A DNA stretch of 54,535 bases from a virus. Taxonomy: Duplodnaviria; Caudoviricetes. Shown here piece after piece: positions 45,349-54,535 of the stretch. Under the pieces are notes generated by a model. That model saw only the letters and a list, made by a program, of their open reading frames with translations. It was not told the origin of the DNA and did no database searches. Positions within the stretch are counted from its first letter, which is position 1, and each line of letters starts with the position of its first letter. The translations under genes and the position numbers were made by a program. The stretch lies in the IMG/VR virus record IMGVR_UViG_3300043430_000111, positions 1 to 54,535 of that record, one strand, 5' to 3'.

Positions 45349-47066
45349 GCTGTAAGGGCTTGCAACTCGGTATTGCTCAGACGCTTAGGGTAGTAAGAGA
45401 GTTTCTTGATTGTCCCATTTAAGCTATAAGAACTTCCCGACAAGATCCCAACACTAAGTGCTGATGCATTTCCATAAGGAGTAGAGAATGAGCCAGCTAC
45501 GGGGATACTCCCAGATAGGGAGATTGAAAGACTTCCACTACCATATGCAGTTGTGATTTTAGCCCCTGGAAAGTACGTCCCCGTGGCAGTTATTTGCGCA
45601 GTATCAAAACAAGATACAGTACCGTTTGGGTTTATAAATGCAATGTGACCATTGCCATCTATTCCAGCAATCCCCCTGACGTTTCCACCATACTCAGCAT
45701 ACGAGTCCATAAAGAATGTACCCTCATCCTGCCGAAACCAGCTACTGAAATTCGCACCCGCCATTACCGCAGCATCAGCAGCACGAGTTACCTGTGCTGC
45801 GGTTGTGGGGATGTAGGAGGTTGGGAAAGCTCCCGCTTCTAATTGAGCACCCCATACATTGAGGGTTTCGCCCCCAGTTGCAACCATTGCACCATTACCA
45901 GATGCATCCGCAAAATACACCACAAAGTAGTCTGTGACAGAGGCTGTTACATAAGTAGACACGCAACGATACCAACCACCACCAATATCAGTAATTGTTG
46001 CGCTGCCTCCAACAACAGTTTTCATGACTGTTCCGTTGGACACATTGAAGGCAGACCCGCCCATGTAAAGGTAACCGTAAGTTCCAGCTCGCGCATACAC
46101 TGAAGCGGTATATTTTGCTCCTGCTGTTACTGTTATGGCTTGGTAATACCCACGGTTTGCCCACGCCCCAGCAGTCGCTTGCAATGTCGTGCCAGCAAGA
46201 ACCCCATCCGGCGCAACAATGTTGTTCGAGTAGCGGGTGACATTGCTCGAAATCCAGCCAGAACCGACTGCGCTCTGAGTAACAAGGTTCGTCCTCTGCT
46301 CCTCAATCAACAGCCCCAGGCTTTCACCCGTCACAGGGTTATGGTCGAAGCGAGGGACGCCAGATGGAGCAGTCTGAAGAACTGGCTGGTACTTGGTGAT
46401 AGGCCGGTCTGTGGTGGGGATGTAGGCTGTTACTTGACTGCGTTGTTCTAGTTGGGCGCCCCAGATGTAGATTCCCGATATGCCGTCACCCGTTACAGAC
46501 TGGTTGGCTACGGTGATAGAGGCAGTTGACGCAAAGATTCGCACTCGGTCACTGCCGCCTGCAACAGCGACGGCGATCCGATGCCAACCACCGCTCATTG
46601 ATGCCGAAGTGACAACGCATCCCGTGCCTTGCAGCGTGACCGTGCCAGTAGAAAGGTCAACACCAGCTAAGACGCCAGTGTTTCCGAGGGACACACCAAG
46701 ATGATTTGCGGTGTTTGCTTTCGCATAGATTGAGAACATCGCAGGAGCTGCAACAGCCGGGATTTGTTGCAAGTACCAGATACCGCTTGAGCCGCTGGCG
46801 GTAACAAGCGAATCAGCAGTAGACGTACCATCTGGCGCGGTGGTTGTGTTGGCCGTGACCGTTACGGACACTTGACCCCAAGCTGCATTATCAAAATCCT
46901 GACTGTACTTCAGCAGGTTCTCTTCAGCCTTCGCCTGCGTCACGCCATCCCAATAAGTTGCCGTGGATGCACGGGTGAACGTGATGCGAGGATCGAGCTG
47001 CTTGGTATTTGCAAAGTCCAGATTCAAACTTGGCTTGATATTCGGAAACTTAGATTTAATACTCAT
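45345..47066 (-). CDS. Fibre/spike protein with duplicated carbohydrate-binding-like module
   Basis: FTRASTATY, GLLIEEQRTNL, WGAQLE...YIPTT twice. Confidence 0.8.
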   Translation of the reverse strand: MSIKSKFPNIKPSLNLDFANTKQLDPRITFTRASTATYWDGVTQAKAEENLLKYSQDFDNAAWGQVSVTVTANTTTAPDGTSTADSLVTASGSSGIWYLQQIPAVAAPAMFSIYAKANTANHLGVSLGNTGVLAGVDLSTGTVTLQGTGCVVTSASMSGGWHRIAVAVAGGSDRVRIFASTASITVANQSVTGDGISGIYIWGAQLEQRSQVTAYIPTTDRPITKYQPVLQTAPSGVPRFDHNPVTGESLGLLIEEQRTNLVTQSAVGSGWISSNVTRYSNNIVAPDGVLAGTTLQATAGAWANRGYYQAITVTAGAKYTASVYARAGTYGYLYMGGSAFNVSNGTVMKTVVGGSATITDIGGGWYRCVSTYVTASVTDYFVVYFADASGNGAMVATGGETLNVWGAQLEAGAFPTSYIPTTAAQVTRAADAAVMAGANFSSWFRQDEGTFFMDSYAEYGGNVRGIAGIDGNGHIAFINPNGTVSCFDTAQITATGTYFPGAKITTAYGSGSLSISLSGSIPVAGSFSTPYGNASALSVGILSGSSYSLNGTIKKLSYYPKRLSNTELQALTA

Positions 47067-47075
47067 AGGTATACC

Positions 47076-48812
47076 TTATGCCAGCGTGATGGTTGCCGAG
47101 CGTGTCACCCCATCAGAGCCACGAACCAAGACTTTCAAGCTGGTGTTGCTTTCAAGCTGGAACGACATATCCCCATTGGTGCCAAGCATCGGGGCTGCGG
47201 CAGTTGGTTGGCAAACCATGTTGCCAGATACTTCCAACTTACCCCCGGACGACTTGGTTGATCTACCAACAAGCACGTCACCCGCAAAGTAGTTGATATG
47301 GTCAGCCTTGGTTTGGTAGACCCCGTACTTGTTTGTTACTACTCCAGCTCCTGACACTGTTACGCCATCTAGGTAAGCATCATAATAAGAGCCTACTGTT
47401 TGCGTTCCGGTGGCGTTTCCAATAGTTGCATTGGTGTATAAGCCACGGGCATTTGTAATAACTGCCGTTGTTCCAGCAGCTACCATATTGATGGTTGAGT
47501 AATACCCAGTTGCTTCGACAATTGTTCCAGATTGGTTTGCGATTGTTGAGCTTACGCCAAACGCTTGCCCGGTAGCTACAGTAGATGGTACTGCAATGCT
47601 GTGCTGGACTATAGACCTGAACCCCGCCAAGTAACTAGAGGGATTAGTATTATTCCCTACATCTAGCGCATTGTTTCTCCGCACAATGGCCTGGAAACCG
47701 TTCAAGGCTACTCGACCTCCAGGATCGAGAGTGTAGCCGTTGAGGACGGATTGGTAACCGGTAGCAAACATCGACCCCCCACCAGCAGGGATTCGATCAT
47801 CAACAAAAGTACCGTAGAAGTAGTTACCCGCAGCAGTCTGCGCTGCATTTGCTGATGCCGAGAGCTTAAATTCCGGTGGAAATACAAAGCTACTGATAGG
47901 CACCACAATACCATTCACCACCCTGCTCCCAAAAGGCCCAGTCAGTGACAAACCACTCAGAGTAGGTGAGTCCGTACTGAAAGCCAAAGGCCCAAGATAC
48001 TGATTCAACGGGATCTGGTTCGGCCCTGTGCCAATGTCAGACTGGATCACAGCATCCACACCACCTTCTTGCAGGGTGGTGGGATTGACTGTGCCACCAG
48101 TGATCGTCTTGTTGGTCAGCGTGGCGACTGCTGCGCGCTCTGCAAAAACGTGCGCTGTCGTGGCTATCTGCGTGGTATTGGTGCCAACCGCTGCTGTCGG
48201 GGCGGTCGGTGTGCCAGTCAGCGCGGGTGACGTGAGCGGTGCTTTGAGGACTAGCGCTGTCTGTGTCGCGGTGCTGACGGGCTTGTTCGCATCGCTGGTG
48301 TCGTCCACGTTACCCAGCCCAACGTCACCCTTAGCCAGCGTGACCGCCCCGGTCTTGCCTGCGACGCTTTGCACGGGTGCAGCGGCTGCGGCTTCTGCTG
48401 TGGTGGCGTACTGAGGGTGCGGGTCTGATGCGGCTGTGTGGGCAGTGACTGCGGCGACTGCGGTGCCTGCGGGATCGGCCCCTGCCTGTTCCGCGTCGTG
48501 GGTGTGGGTGCTTGGTGGGAAGGTTGCGGGCTTGCCGGTCACGCCATCCCAAGGCACTGCATCGGCGCTGTCGGCGGCGCCTACTTTTCCGTCTCCGTCG
48601 GCGTCATAGCGGGACGCCAGCATGTCGCCGCGCTGCGCCCACTGCGCGGGGGCAGCAGACACCAGCATCCACTCGCTGTTGTTGTCTTGTTGCAAGCAGT
48701 ATTTGCCCACGTCTTCGGCAAGCACGGCGATGGCCGCGCGTGCTGCGGCGTTGGCTACGCGCCAGTTTTGCGGCGCGTGAATTTCACCCGCAGGGATTTG
48801 TACGTGTTCCAT
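47076..48812 (-). CDS. Fibre protein
   Basis: VQSVAGKTGAV, VGLGNVD, SPALTGTPTAPT...IATT fibre repeats. Confidence 0.8.
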   Translation of the reverse strand: MEHVQIPAGEIHAPQNWRVANAAARAAIAVLAEDVGKYCLQQDNNSEWMLVSAAPAQWAQRGDMLASRYDADGDGKVGAADSADAVPWDGVTGKPATFPPSTHTHDAEQAGADPAGTAVAAVTAHTAASDPHPQYATTAEAAAAAPVQSVAGKTGAVTLAKGDVGLGNVDDTSDANKPVSTATQTALVLKAPLTSPALTGTPTAPTAAVGTNTTQIATTAHVFAERAAVATLTNKTITGGTVNPTTLQEGGVDAVIQSDIGTGPNQIPLNQYLGPLAFSTDSPTLSGLSLTGPFGSRVVNGIVVPISSFVFPPEFKLSASANAAQTAAGNYFYGTFVDDRIPAGGGSMFATGYQSVLNGYTLDPGGRVALNGFQAIVRRNNALDVGNNTNPSSYLAGFRSIVQHSIAVPSTVATGQAFGVSSTIANQSGTIVEATGYYSTINMVAAGTTAVITNARGLYTNATIGNATGTQTVGSYYDAYLDGVTVSGAGVVTNKYGVYQTKADHINYFAGDVLVGRSTKSSGGKLEVSGNMVCQPTAAAPMLGTNGDMSFQLESNTSLKVLVRGSDGVTRSATITLA

Positions 48813-48815
48813 TTT

Positions 48816-49421
48816 TCAAGTCACTTTCACATATTCGCCATTCACCATCACGGGCTCGCCGTCCACCGTGACAGAGCCGACTGGCAGGCCGCTCGGGAAC
48901 CACGCTTGCATCTGTGCGTAGCTGGCGCGCGCCCATTGCCCGCTCTGTTGCACCAGGAACTCAGCAGGCACAGCGGATGTGGCGGCGGGCAGGCTGTCAA
49001 TGTCAAACGGCGGCACCGCACCAGCAGCGCCGCCGGCGCCACCAGGGCCACGGTCGCCGCGCGCGCCTTTGGGGCCGCGCAACTCCACCAGATCGCCCCA
49101 GCCGCCTTCGGGCTTTTCAAAGCGCAGCTTGGTGCCCTGCCACTCGTGGGCGGGCATGGGGCCGGTGTCGCCTTTTTCTCCCTTCTCGCCCTTGGCTCCG
49201 CGAGGGCCAACCTCGCCTTGCGGGCCTTGCGCGCCGCGTGCGCCGCGTGCGCCGCGTGCGCCGGGTAGGCCGTCATCCCCGTTGCGGCCATCTTTGCCGT
49301 CTCGCCCCGCAGGACCAGGGTCGCGCGCCAGTTTGTCAAAGCGCGAACGCAGGTCACACAGACCTTTCGTGAGCAGCGCGATGAGGTCCAGGTCAGAGTT
49401 GCGCATTTCCAACCACCGCAT
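48816..49421 (-). CDS. Collagen-like protein
   Basis: Gly-X-Y runs; start at 49421 or 49406. Confidence 0.8.
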   Translation of the reverse strand: MRWLEMRNSDLDLIALLTKGLCDLRSRFDKLARDPGPAGRDGKDGRNGDDGLPGARGARGARGAQGPQGEVGPRGAKGEKGEKGDTGPMPAHEWQGTKLRFEKPEGGWGDLVELRGPKGARGDRGPGGAGGAAGAVPPFDIDSLPAATSAVPAEFLVQQSGQWARASYAQMQAWFPSGLPVGSVTVDGEPVMVNGEYVKVT

Positions 49422-51102
49422 CTACGATGCGCTCAGTCAACGCGAGGCGCTGACGCTCGATGTCGGATGTATCTTTGGGTTCGCGCCGCAAGACTTCGGT
49501 CTGCGCCTCAAGTGCGGCGACCTGAGCGCGCTCCAGCACGTTCGGCGGGGCGCTGTACTCGTCATCATCAATCGCGTCTTCTTCCGGGTCGTCTTGCGGC
49601 TCGGTGGGAGTGCCTGCCGGCACGACTTCCCCTTGAAGCAGGCCGAGTTCTTCTTCGCGCTCGCGGTCGGCCGCGCGTTCCTCGTCCACCATGTCGGGGT
49701 CTTCACCCCGCTCACCGATGACGCTGGAGCGGCTGCGGAAACCTGCATCCACTTCGAGCTTCTTGCCTTGCGGGTCTTGCACCGGGTGAATGTGAGCCCA
49801 GCCGTGCGGCGCCCACTCGACGCGACGCACCGAGTCGGCCTCATCGAGGTCAATCTTGCCCACAAGCACTGCGGCATCGACGCCCCAAACGAGCGTCTTC
49901 TGGCAGAACTGCGGGATGATGATTTGCCACTGTCGCTGCTCTGCGTGGCGCCGGAACTCGTTGATGATGACGCGCAAAGTGCGGTCAGACACATCCTTGA
50001 TGTCGCCCGAAAACACCTCATACGGCAGGCCCGACGCTGCGGCGGTCCCGAGGTGTTGGGTTCGCATGTAGTCGGAGTAGTTCGTACCGGCCTCTGGCGG
50101 GTTACTCCACTCCACCCCTTGCCCGTCATCCAACTCCTGCACCAATCCAGGTTGCAGGCCCACCAATGGGGTGCCGTCGCTGCCGTGATCGAAGGGCTGA
50201 CCTGTCAGACCGTCCAGTTCCTCGTCACCGGTGAGCGCGGGTAGCTTGCGCGTGATGAACGCGACAACGAGGTTCGCCAACTGCTGACGTGTCAGCGTGG
50301 CGTCGTCGTAGTTCTCGATATTGCGCAGACGTGCCAGGATGGGTGCCAGCATCGAGACGCCGCGCAGTTGGCCTGGGCGGATCGGCTCGAAGACGTGGAT
50401 CATGTCGGACGCGGCCACGCGCACCAACTCGTCGGCGCTCACGCTCCCGCCCGTGTTGTCGCCGGGGTGCTCTTTGTAGACCCAATACGCGATGCGTCGG
50501 CCGCGCTTGTTGAACTCGATGCCGGAGCGAATCTTGTTCCCGGCAGGCAAGCCGTTGTAGGTGTCTGCGTCCAGCAGCGGCACCATGTCAGCCTCGATGA
50601 CTTGGTACTGAACCGGCAGTACCAGACCTTCATCTGCGAAGCGCGCACGGCGGCGCACGAACACTTCGCCGCTGTCCAACCAGGAGCGCACGGCGAGCGT
50701 TTGCAGACCGAAGTAGTTGAGCACGCCGTCTGCGTCGCACTCAGCCCAATGGTCGTTCATCAGGTCGATGATTTCCTGCTTGCGCTTCTTGTCGAGCACA
50801 CGCTTGAAACGCGGTGTGATCCCGATGCCGATGAGGTTTGTCGTCCACTTCTGGACACCACTGGCACCGGACCAGTCGTTGCGCGACGAATCGCGTGCAC
50901 GGTTTCTGATGGTCTGAAGTCCGGCGATAGCCCGGTTGGGGCCACTTGCCGGAGGGTTCCAACCTGCCATCCGACGACCGTGCGAGGCTGCGTCGTAGCG
51001 TGCCTTCACATCGGCGGGGGCCTGTTGCCTCTGGAACGCCTCGACGGCAGCACGCGCCACCAACGTCTCGGGCTTCGGCGGGCGACCGCGGCGTGCTGCC
51101 AT
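49393..51102 (-). CDS. Lambda-family portal protein
   Basis: RNRAR...RND, GEVF, RPGQLRG, HP..D motifs. Confidence 0.93.
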   Translation of the reverse strand: MAARRGRPPKPETLVARAAVEAFQRQQAPADVKARYDAASHGRRMAGWNPPASGPNRAIAGLQTIRNRARDSSRNDWSGASGVQKWTTNLIGIGITPRFKRVLDKKRKQEIIDLMNDHWAECDADGVLNYFGLQTLAVRSWLDSGEVFVRRRARFADEGLVLPVQYQVIEADMVPLLDADTYNGLPAGNKIRSGIEFNKRGRRIAYWVYKEHPGDNTGGSVSADELVRVAASDMIHVFEPIRPGQLRGVSMLAPILARLRNIENYDDATLTRQQLANLVVAFITRKLPALTGDEELDGLTGQPFDHGSDGTPLVGLQPGLVQELDDGQGVEWSNPPEAGTNYSDYMRTQHLGTAAASGLPYEVFSGDIKDVSDRTLRVIINEFRRHAEQRQWQIIIPQFCQKTLVWGVDAAVLVGKIDLDEADSVRRVEWAPHGWAHIHPVQDPQGKKLEVDAGFRSRSSVIGERGEDPDMVDEERAADREREEELGLLQGEVVPAGTPTEPQDDPEEDAIDDDEYSAPPNVLERAQVAALEAQTEVLRREPKDTSDIERQRLALTERIVDAVVGNAQL

Positions 51103-51323
51103 CAGTACCCCCGACCCGTCTGCACGAGGTAGGTCTGCTTCGGACGGCGTTGGCCGGTCGCAGCAGCGTTCTGTGCGTTGAGTTGCGCCTGGAGGTTGTC
51201 GCGTGCGCGGATCAACGACTCCGAGGTGTTGTAGATGACTGTCTGCCCACCGACCGTGACAGAGCGAACTCCGCGCTTAATCGCGTCGTTGAGGTTGTCG
51301 ATGTCGAGTTGGGTCACTGCCAT
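51102..51323 (-). CDS. gpW-like head completion protein
   Basis: L..AI..G.RSV..GG..V.Y; between terminase and portal. Confidence 0.85.
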   Translation of the reverse strand: MAVTQLDIDNLNDAIKRGVRSVTVGGQTVIYNTSESLIRARDNLQAQLNAQNAAATGQRRPKQTYLVQTGRGY

Positions 51324-51360
51324 AGTGACGCGAATGTAGCGTTTGGCAGTCCGCAAAGCC

Positions 51361-51378
51361 CTGCGGGACAATTTCGCA
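51361..51378 (-). promoter_or_regulatory. Late-promoter activator motif
   Basis: CTGCGGGACAATTTCGCA; TACATT 22 nt downstream on the minus strand. Confidence 0.7.
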
Positions 51379-51413
51379 GAAAAAGAAAAGGACTTTCTGC
51401 GGAAAGTCCTTTT
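51379..51413 (-). terminator. Rho-independent (possibly bidirectional) terminator
   Basis: AAAAGGACTTTC-TGCG-GAAAGTCCTTTT with T-tracts on both strands. Confidence 0.8.
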
Positions 51414-51789
51414 GGCGTTTGGCACCGGGGCCGTTGCACCCGGTTCGGTCGTCAGGACTTCCACCTGCCCTTGGTGTGCGGAATTTCACCGCAGCGATAG
51501 CCCTACTGCTTCGGCCTATTGGCTCAACGTCTGCCCGGAGGCAACTTCAGACACTCTCACCATCATCTCAGCGGGCCAGATCGTCTGGCCGGGGGCCGCT
51601 ATCGGCGCGTAGCATCCATGCCCCTCGGGTAGCTCACCCGTACACATCGCGTCAGTGCACGCCGCTGAGATGATGGCCCGCTGCAAGCGGTTCATCATCG
51701 TCGGTATTTGGAGCCTTGCCGACTGGCTCACCGTGGGGCTTTGTTGGAGAACGCTGCTGCCACTGGTCAAATGTATGGCAAACGCCAAA

Positions 51790-53970
51790 CTATCGCAAGT
51801 AGGGTGACGGCGCAGAGCGACGCTTTCGCGCAACACCGCGCGGCGGAAGCACCTGTACTTCTTGCTGTTTTTCCTCAACCGCTATGTTGGCCTTCATCTC
51901 GCGTCGGTCTTCGACTGCGATGACCTCGCTGTTCAACTCAAGCGGCGCAATCCAGGCCGGCACGCGGCTCCAGTCGGTCACCTTGTCCAGCCCCAGGCGC
52001 AGCAGCCCCGCGCGGATCATGCGGCACAAGTCGAACGATTCGTTGCGCTTTCTGATCTGACTCCAAGTGCCGTTCGGTTGGCGCACTTCCGATTTCAGTT
52101 CATCGTAGAACGATCCGGGCAACCACCCATCCGGGTTCTTGGTCGGGTGCTTCGCGGGAGGGAAATGGATGTACCCCGGCCCAGGCGTGTCGCGGCGCAG
52201 ACCTGCGTCAACCGCGTCAGACAGCAGGTGAGGGTTGCAAACAAACAGCGGGATGTCAGGCTTGGTCTTGCCACCCCGCGCCCCGACCATCGACTCCTTG
52301 ATGATGGGTGCGCTCTTGAGGCTGGCACCCTTGTAGAGCATCACCCGGCCGGCCATGCCCGCGCGGCGCACGCGGCGATACCACGAGTAGGCGTTGAAGG
52401 TCACGCCGTCTTCGCCACCGGTGTCAACCACCACCAAGCGAGCGCGAATCTCACGACCCTCGACGGGGGTGCGCCACGTGGCCCGCAGCAGCTTCTCGGT
52501 CAGCACGTCCCAATCCTCGGGGTGGGATGCGGGGTCGATGGGTGCAAACTCGTCACCCATCCCCTCGCGCGCAGACCGCTTGATCTCGTGGCGGTCCACC
52601 AGGGCTTGCTCCATATGCGGGCCAACTGCGTGCACCTGGGCGACAAAGCGCGACGTGATGCCGCCCTGCACGTCCACTGAGACGATCACACAGCGCGTCC
52701 ATTCCGGCACCACGTATCGCTCCAGGTCGTCATTGGCCTTGTCCTCAACCGCCCCGCCACGGCTCTGGGACTCGACCAAGTGGCGCGAGATGTACGGCAT
52801 CCCTTGATCGGTGTTGACCGTGGTCTTCAAAGTTTCCTCGCTGCCGGTCAACGAGTAGTCTCGAAGCCCCTGCAAGTACCGCTCCACCAGGGACGACCAC
52901 TTCTGGTAAGTCGCCGCCACCCCGCCGAGCCAATACCCCGCGATGGTGCTGGGTGCGGCATCACCGACGATCTCGCGCTCTGGCGTGAGGCTCTGGCCTT
53001 CGGCCAGCCAGATGCCGCCTTTGTTCAGGTCCGTCTTGTGCTTGGCGTCTATGAGCGACCCGCAATGCGGGCAGACGATTCGTGCGCCCCACTCCGCGGC
53101 CATGCGGGGGATGCTCATGGTGCGAACAGACTCCAACAACTCCTGCTCGGTTGGCAAGTGGAACAGATCGAGCCCTGGTGCGGCCTCGAAGTGGTCGCGG
53201 CAATCTGGGCATTGCCAGTACCACCGGCGTCGGTCGGACCTGTTGTATAGACCGAGGATGCCGGTGACAGGGGGCGCTTCGTGCGGCGTGCTCGGGCGCC
53301 AATTGGGCACCTCAATCTCAATGCCGGGGCTGGACTCGGCCAAGCACATACCTCGGCTCAAGAACGTCGTCGTGCGTTTGCGCGCGAGGTCGAACAGCGG
53401 GCCTTCGCCGTCCACGTTCTCGGCGTTCTCGATTCGGTCCAGGTCGGTGATGGCGACGTAGCGGTAGGTCGAGCCCGAGACGTTGGAAACCGTAGGCCAC
53501 GCGATGCGCAGGAACATCCCATGCCGAAACATCGTATCAAAAGTGTTCGAGTCGATGGCCCGCTTCGACTTCATCGCAGTCACGTTAGGGCTGTTGCGAA
53601 TCGCTCTATCTACGTCCGTCTTTGAGAACTCACGCGCCTTCTCGCGCGACATCTGGATGAACAGCATGTCGCCAGGATCATTGACGACGTTGTGCGCCAT
53701 CCAACCCAACAAAAGCCCCGCAGTTTTGCCGGTGCGCGCCGGACCAACGAAAACAGTAGCTTCGTGCCGCCTACTCGACAGCATGTTCATTGGCTCGACC
53801 ATGTACGGCGTCTCTGCGCTGCTCCACGGACCACCGGGCGCCCCCGGCTGCTTGATCTCAAGGTTGCTCTCGGCACCTTCGGCCACGCTCACCCGCTTGG
53901 GTGGCTTGAGGGCTTGCCAGCCAGAGCACAGGTCGTTGAGTGCGACGACGAAGTGGTCCTGCTCGCTCAT
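51790..53970 (-). CDS. Terminase large subunit (lambda GpA family)
   Basis: ETPYM.EP, GPARTGKT, CPDC/CPHC zinc finger, VDVQ, RNE.FD. Confidence 0.95.
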   Translation of the reverse strand: MSEQDHFVVALNDLCSGWQALKPPKRVSVAEGAESNLEIKQPGAPGGPWSSAETPYMVEPMNMLSSRRHEATVFVGPARTGKTAGLLLGWMAHNVVNDPGDMLFIQMSREKAREFSKTDVDRAIRNSPNVTAMKSKRAIDSNTFDTMFRHGMFLRIAWPTVSNVSGSTYRYVAITDLDRIENAENVDGEGPLFDLARKRTTTFLSRGMCLAESSPGIEIEVPNWRPSTPHEAPPVTGILGLYNRSDRRRWYWQCPDCRDHFEAAPGLDLFHLPTEQELLESVRTMSIPRMAAEWGARIVCPHCGSLIDAKHKTDLNKGGIWLAEGQSLTPEREIVGDAAPSTIAGYWLGGVAATYQKWSSLVERYLQGLRDYSLTGSEETLKTTVNTDQGMPYISRHLVESQSRGGAVEDKANDDLERYVVPEWTRCVIVSVDVQGGITSRFVAQVHAVGPHMEQALVDRHEIKRSAREGMGDEFAPIDPASHPEDWDVLTEKLLRATWRTPVEGREIRARLVVVDTGGEDGVTFNAYSWYRRVRRAGMAGRVMLYKGASLKSAPIIKESMVGARGGKTKPDIPLFVCNPHLLSDAVDAGLRRDTPGPGYIHFPPAKHPTKNPDGWLPGSFYDELKSEVRQPNGTWSQIRKRNESFDLCRMIRAGLLRLGLDKVTDWSRVPAWIAPLELNSEVIAVEDRREMKANIAVEEKQQEVQVLPPRGVARKRRSAPSPYLR

Positions 53971-54362
53971 TCGTCGCCCGCCAGCATGTGCAACTCATCG
54001 CCCAGCCCTTCGAGGATCGCGTCAATCTGAAGTCCGATTTCCTCTGCGGCGTCCGGCGAAAGGTTGATCTTGCGTTCCAGGGTGTCCGGGATCGACCGAA
54101 GGGTCTGAGCGATGGATGCCAACATCGTTGCAGCGGCTTGTTGTACGGCCTCGCGGGACACGTACTCGCCCGACTTGACCTTGAAGTCCAGCTCATTGAG
54201 GTCGGCCTTTGCTTTCTCGTTACGGGCCTTCTCGCGCTCGTAATCAACCACCTCCTGCGGCTTCACATAGCCGGCAGGTTTGCGGCCCCCGTTCTCACGG
54301 TAGCCCCCTCGCCCGCTTGGGCGGACGGAGCCGTTGCTGTCCAGGTCGAAGTCTGCGTGCAT
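53967..54362 (-). CDS. Terminase small subunit (Nu1-like)
   Basis: GG.RENGGRK, Y..EKAR.E..KA...EL......GE; coupled to the large subunit. Confidence 0.85.
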   Translation of the reverse strand: MHADFDLDSNGSVRPSGRGGYRENGGRKPAGYVKPQEVVDYEREKARNEKAKADLNELDFKVKSGEYVSREAVQQAAATMLASIAQTLRSIPDTLERKINLSPDAAEEIGLQIDAILEGLGDELHMLAGDE

Positions 54363-54378
54363 TTTAGCATTATGCGTC

Positions 54379-54394
54379 TTTCGCACTTGCGAAA
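54379..54394. promoter_or_regulatory. Putative operator palindrome upstream of the small terminase gene
   Basis: TTTCGCA-CT-TGCGAAA. Confidence 0.6.
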
Positions 54395-54535
54395 CAAGGG
54401 GGCTCCACGCTACTTTTGTCAATATCGTTTAGCTATAAGAAGCGGACGCCTTAATAGCCGCAGGTTATAAGGCGGCGGAATTTGTACCTAAGTTTGAAAT
54501 TTTGCCAATAAGCGTTCCTCGGGCCTCTCCGTCCC

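Noticed and set aside
51414-51789. tRNA, ncRNA or small ORF (51516-51698) between terminase and gpW
   Set aside because: No cloverleaf or T-loop motif; the ORF has no recognisable motif or clear RBS, so it is left uncalled

Overview
The window looks like a near-complete genome of a temperate, lambdoid-morphogenesis siphovirus of about 54.5 kb. It appears to be the free form rather than a prophage, because both ends are phage sequence and the candidate attP is intact and internal. The left arm carries a Mor-like activator, a putative origin, a primase-helicase and divergent cro/cI-like genes. A leftward early operon follows, with small ORFs and a thyA carrying an HNH-like insert, then a rightward replication operon (DUF2800, SSB, family B polymerase, SNF2 helicase) and xis/int. 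The minus-strand right arm encodes tail, head, lysis, fibre, portal and terminase genes. The layout resembles chi/BcepNazgul-type phages (inference). The most striking feature is an integron-type gene-cassette array at 6857-8495 inside the early operon. It has four canonical attC sites plus a stripped-down R-box-only hairpin at the array start, and no integron integrase is visible. All cassette genes are inverted relative to attC, so they are co-oriented with the phage operon. Also notable are a mini-intein in the tape measure protein, a late-promoter motif matching the Mor-like activator, a six-site operator network and a structured primase leader. All product calls come from motif recognition by eye; no searches were run.
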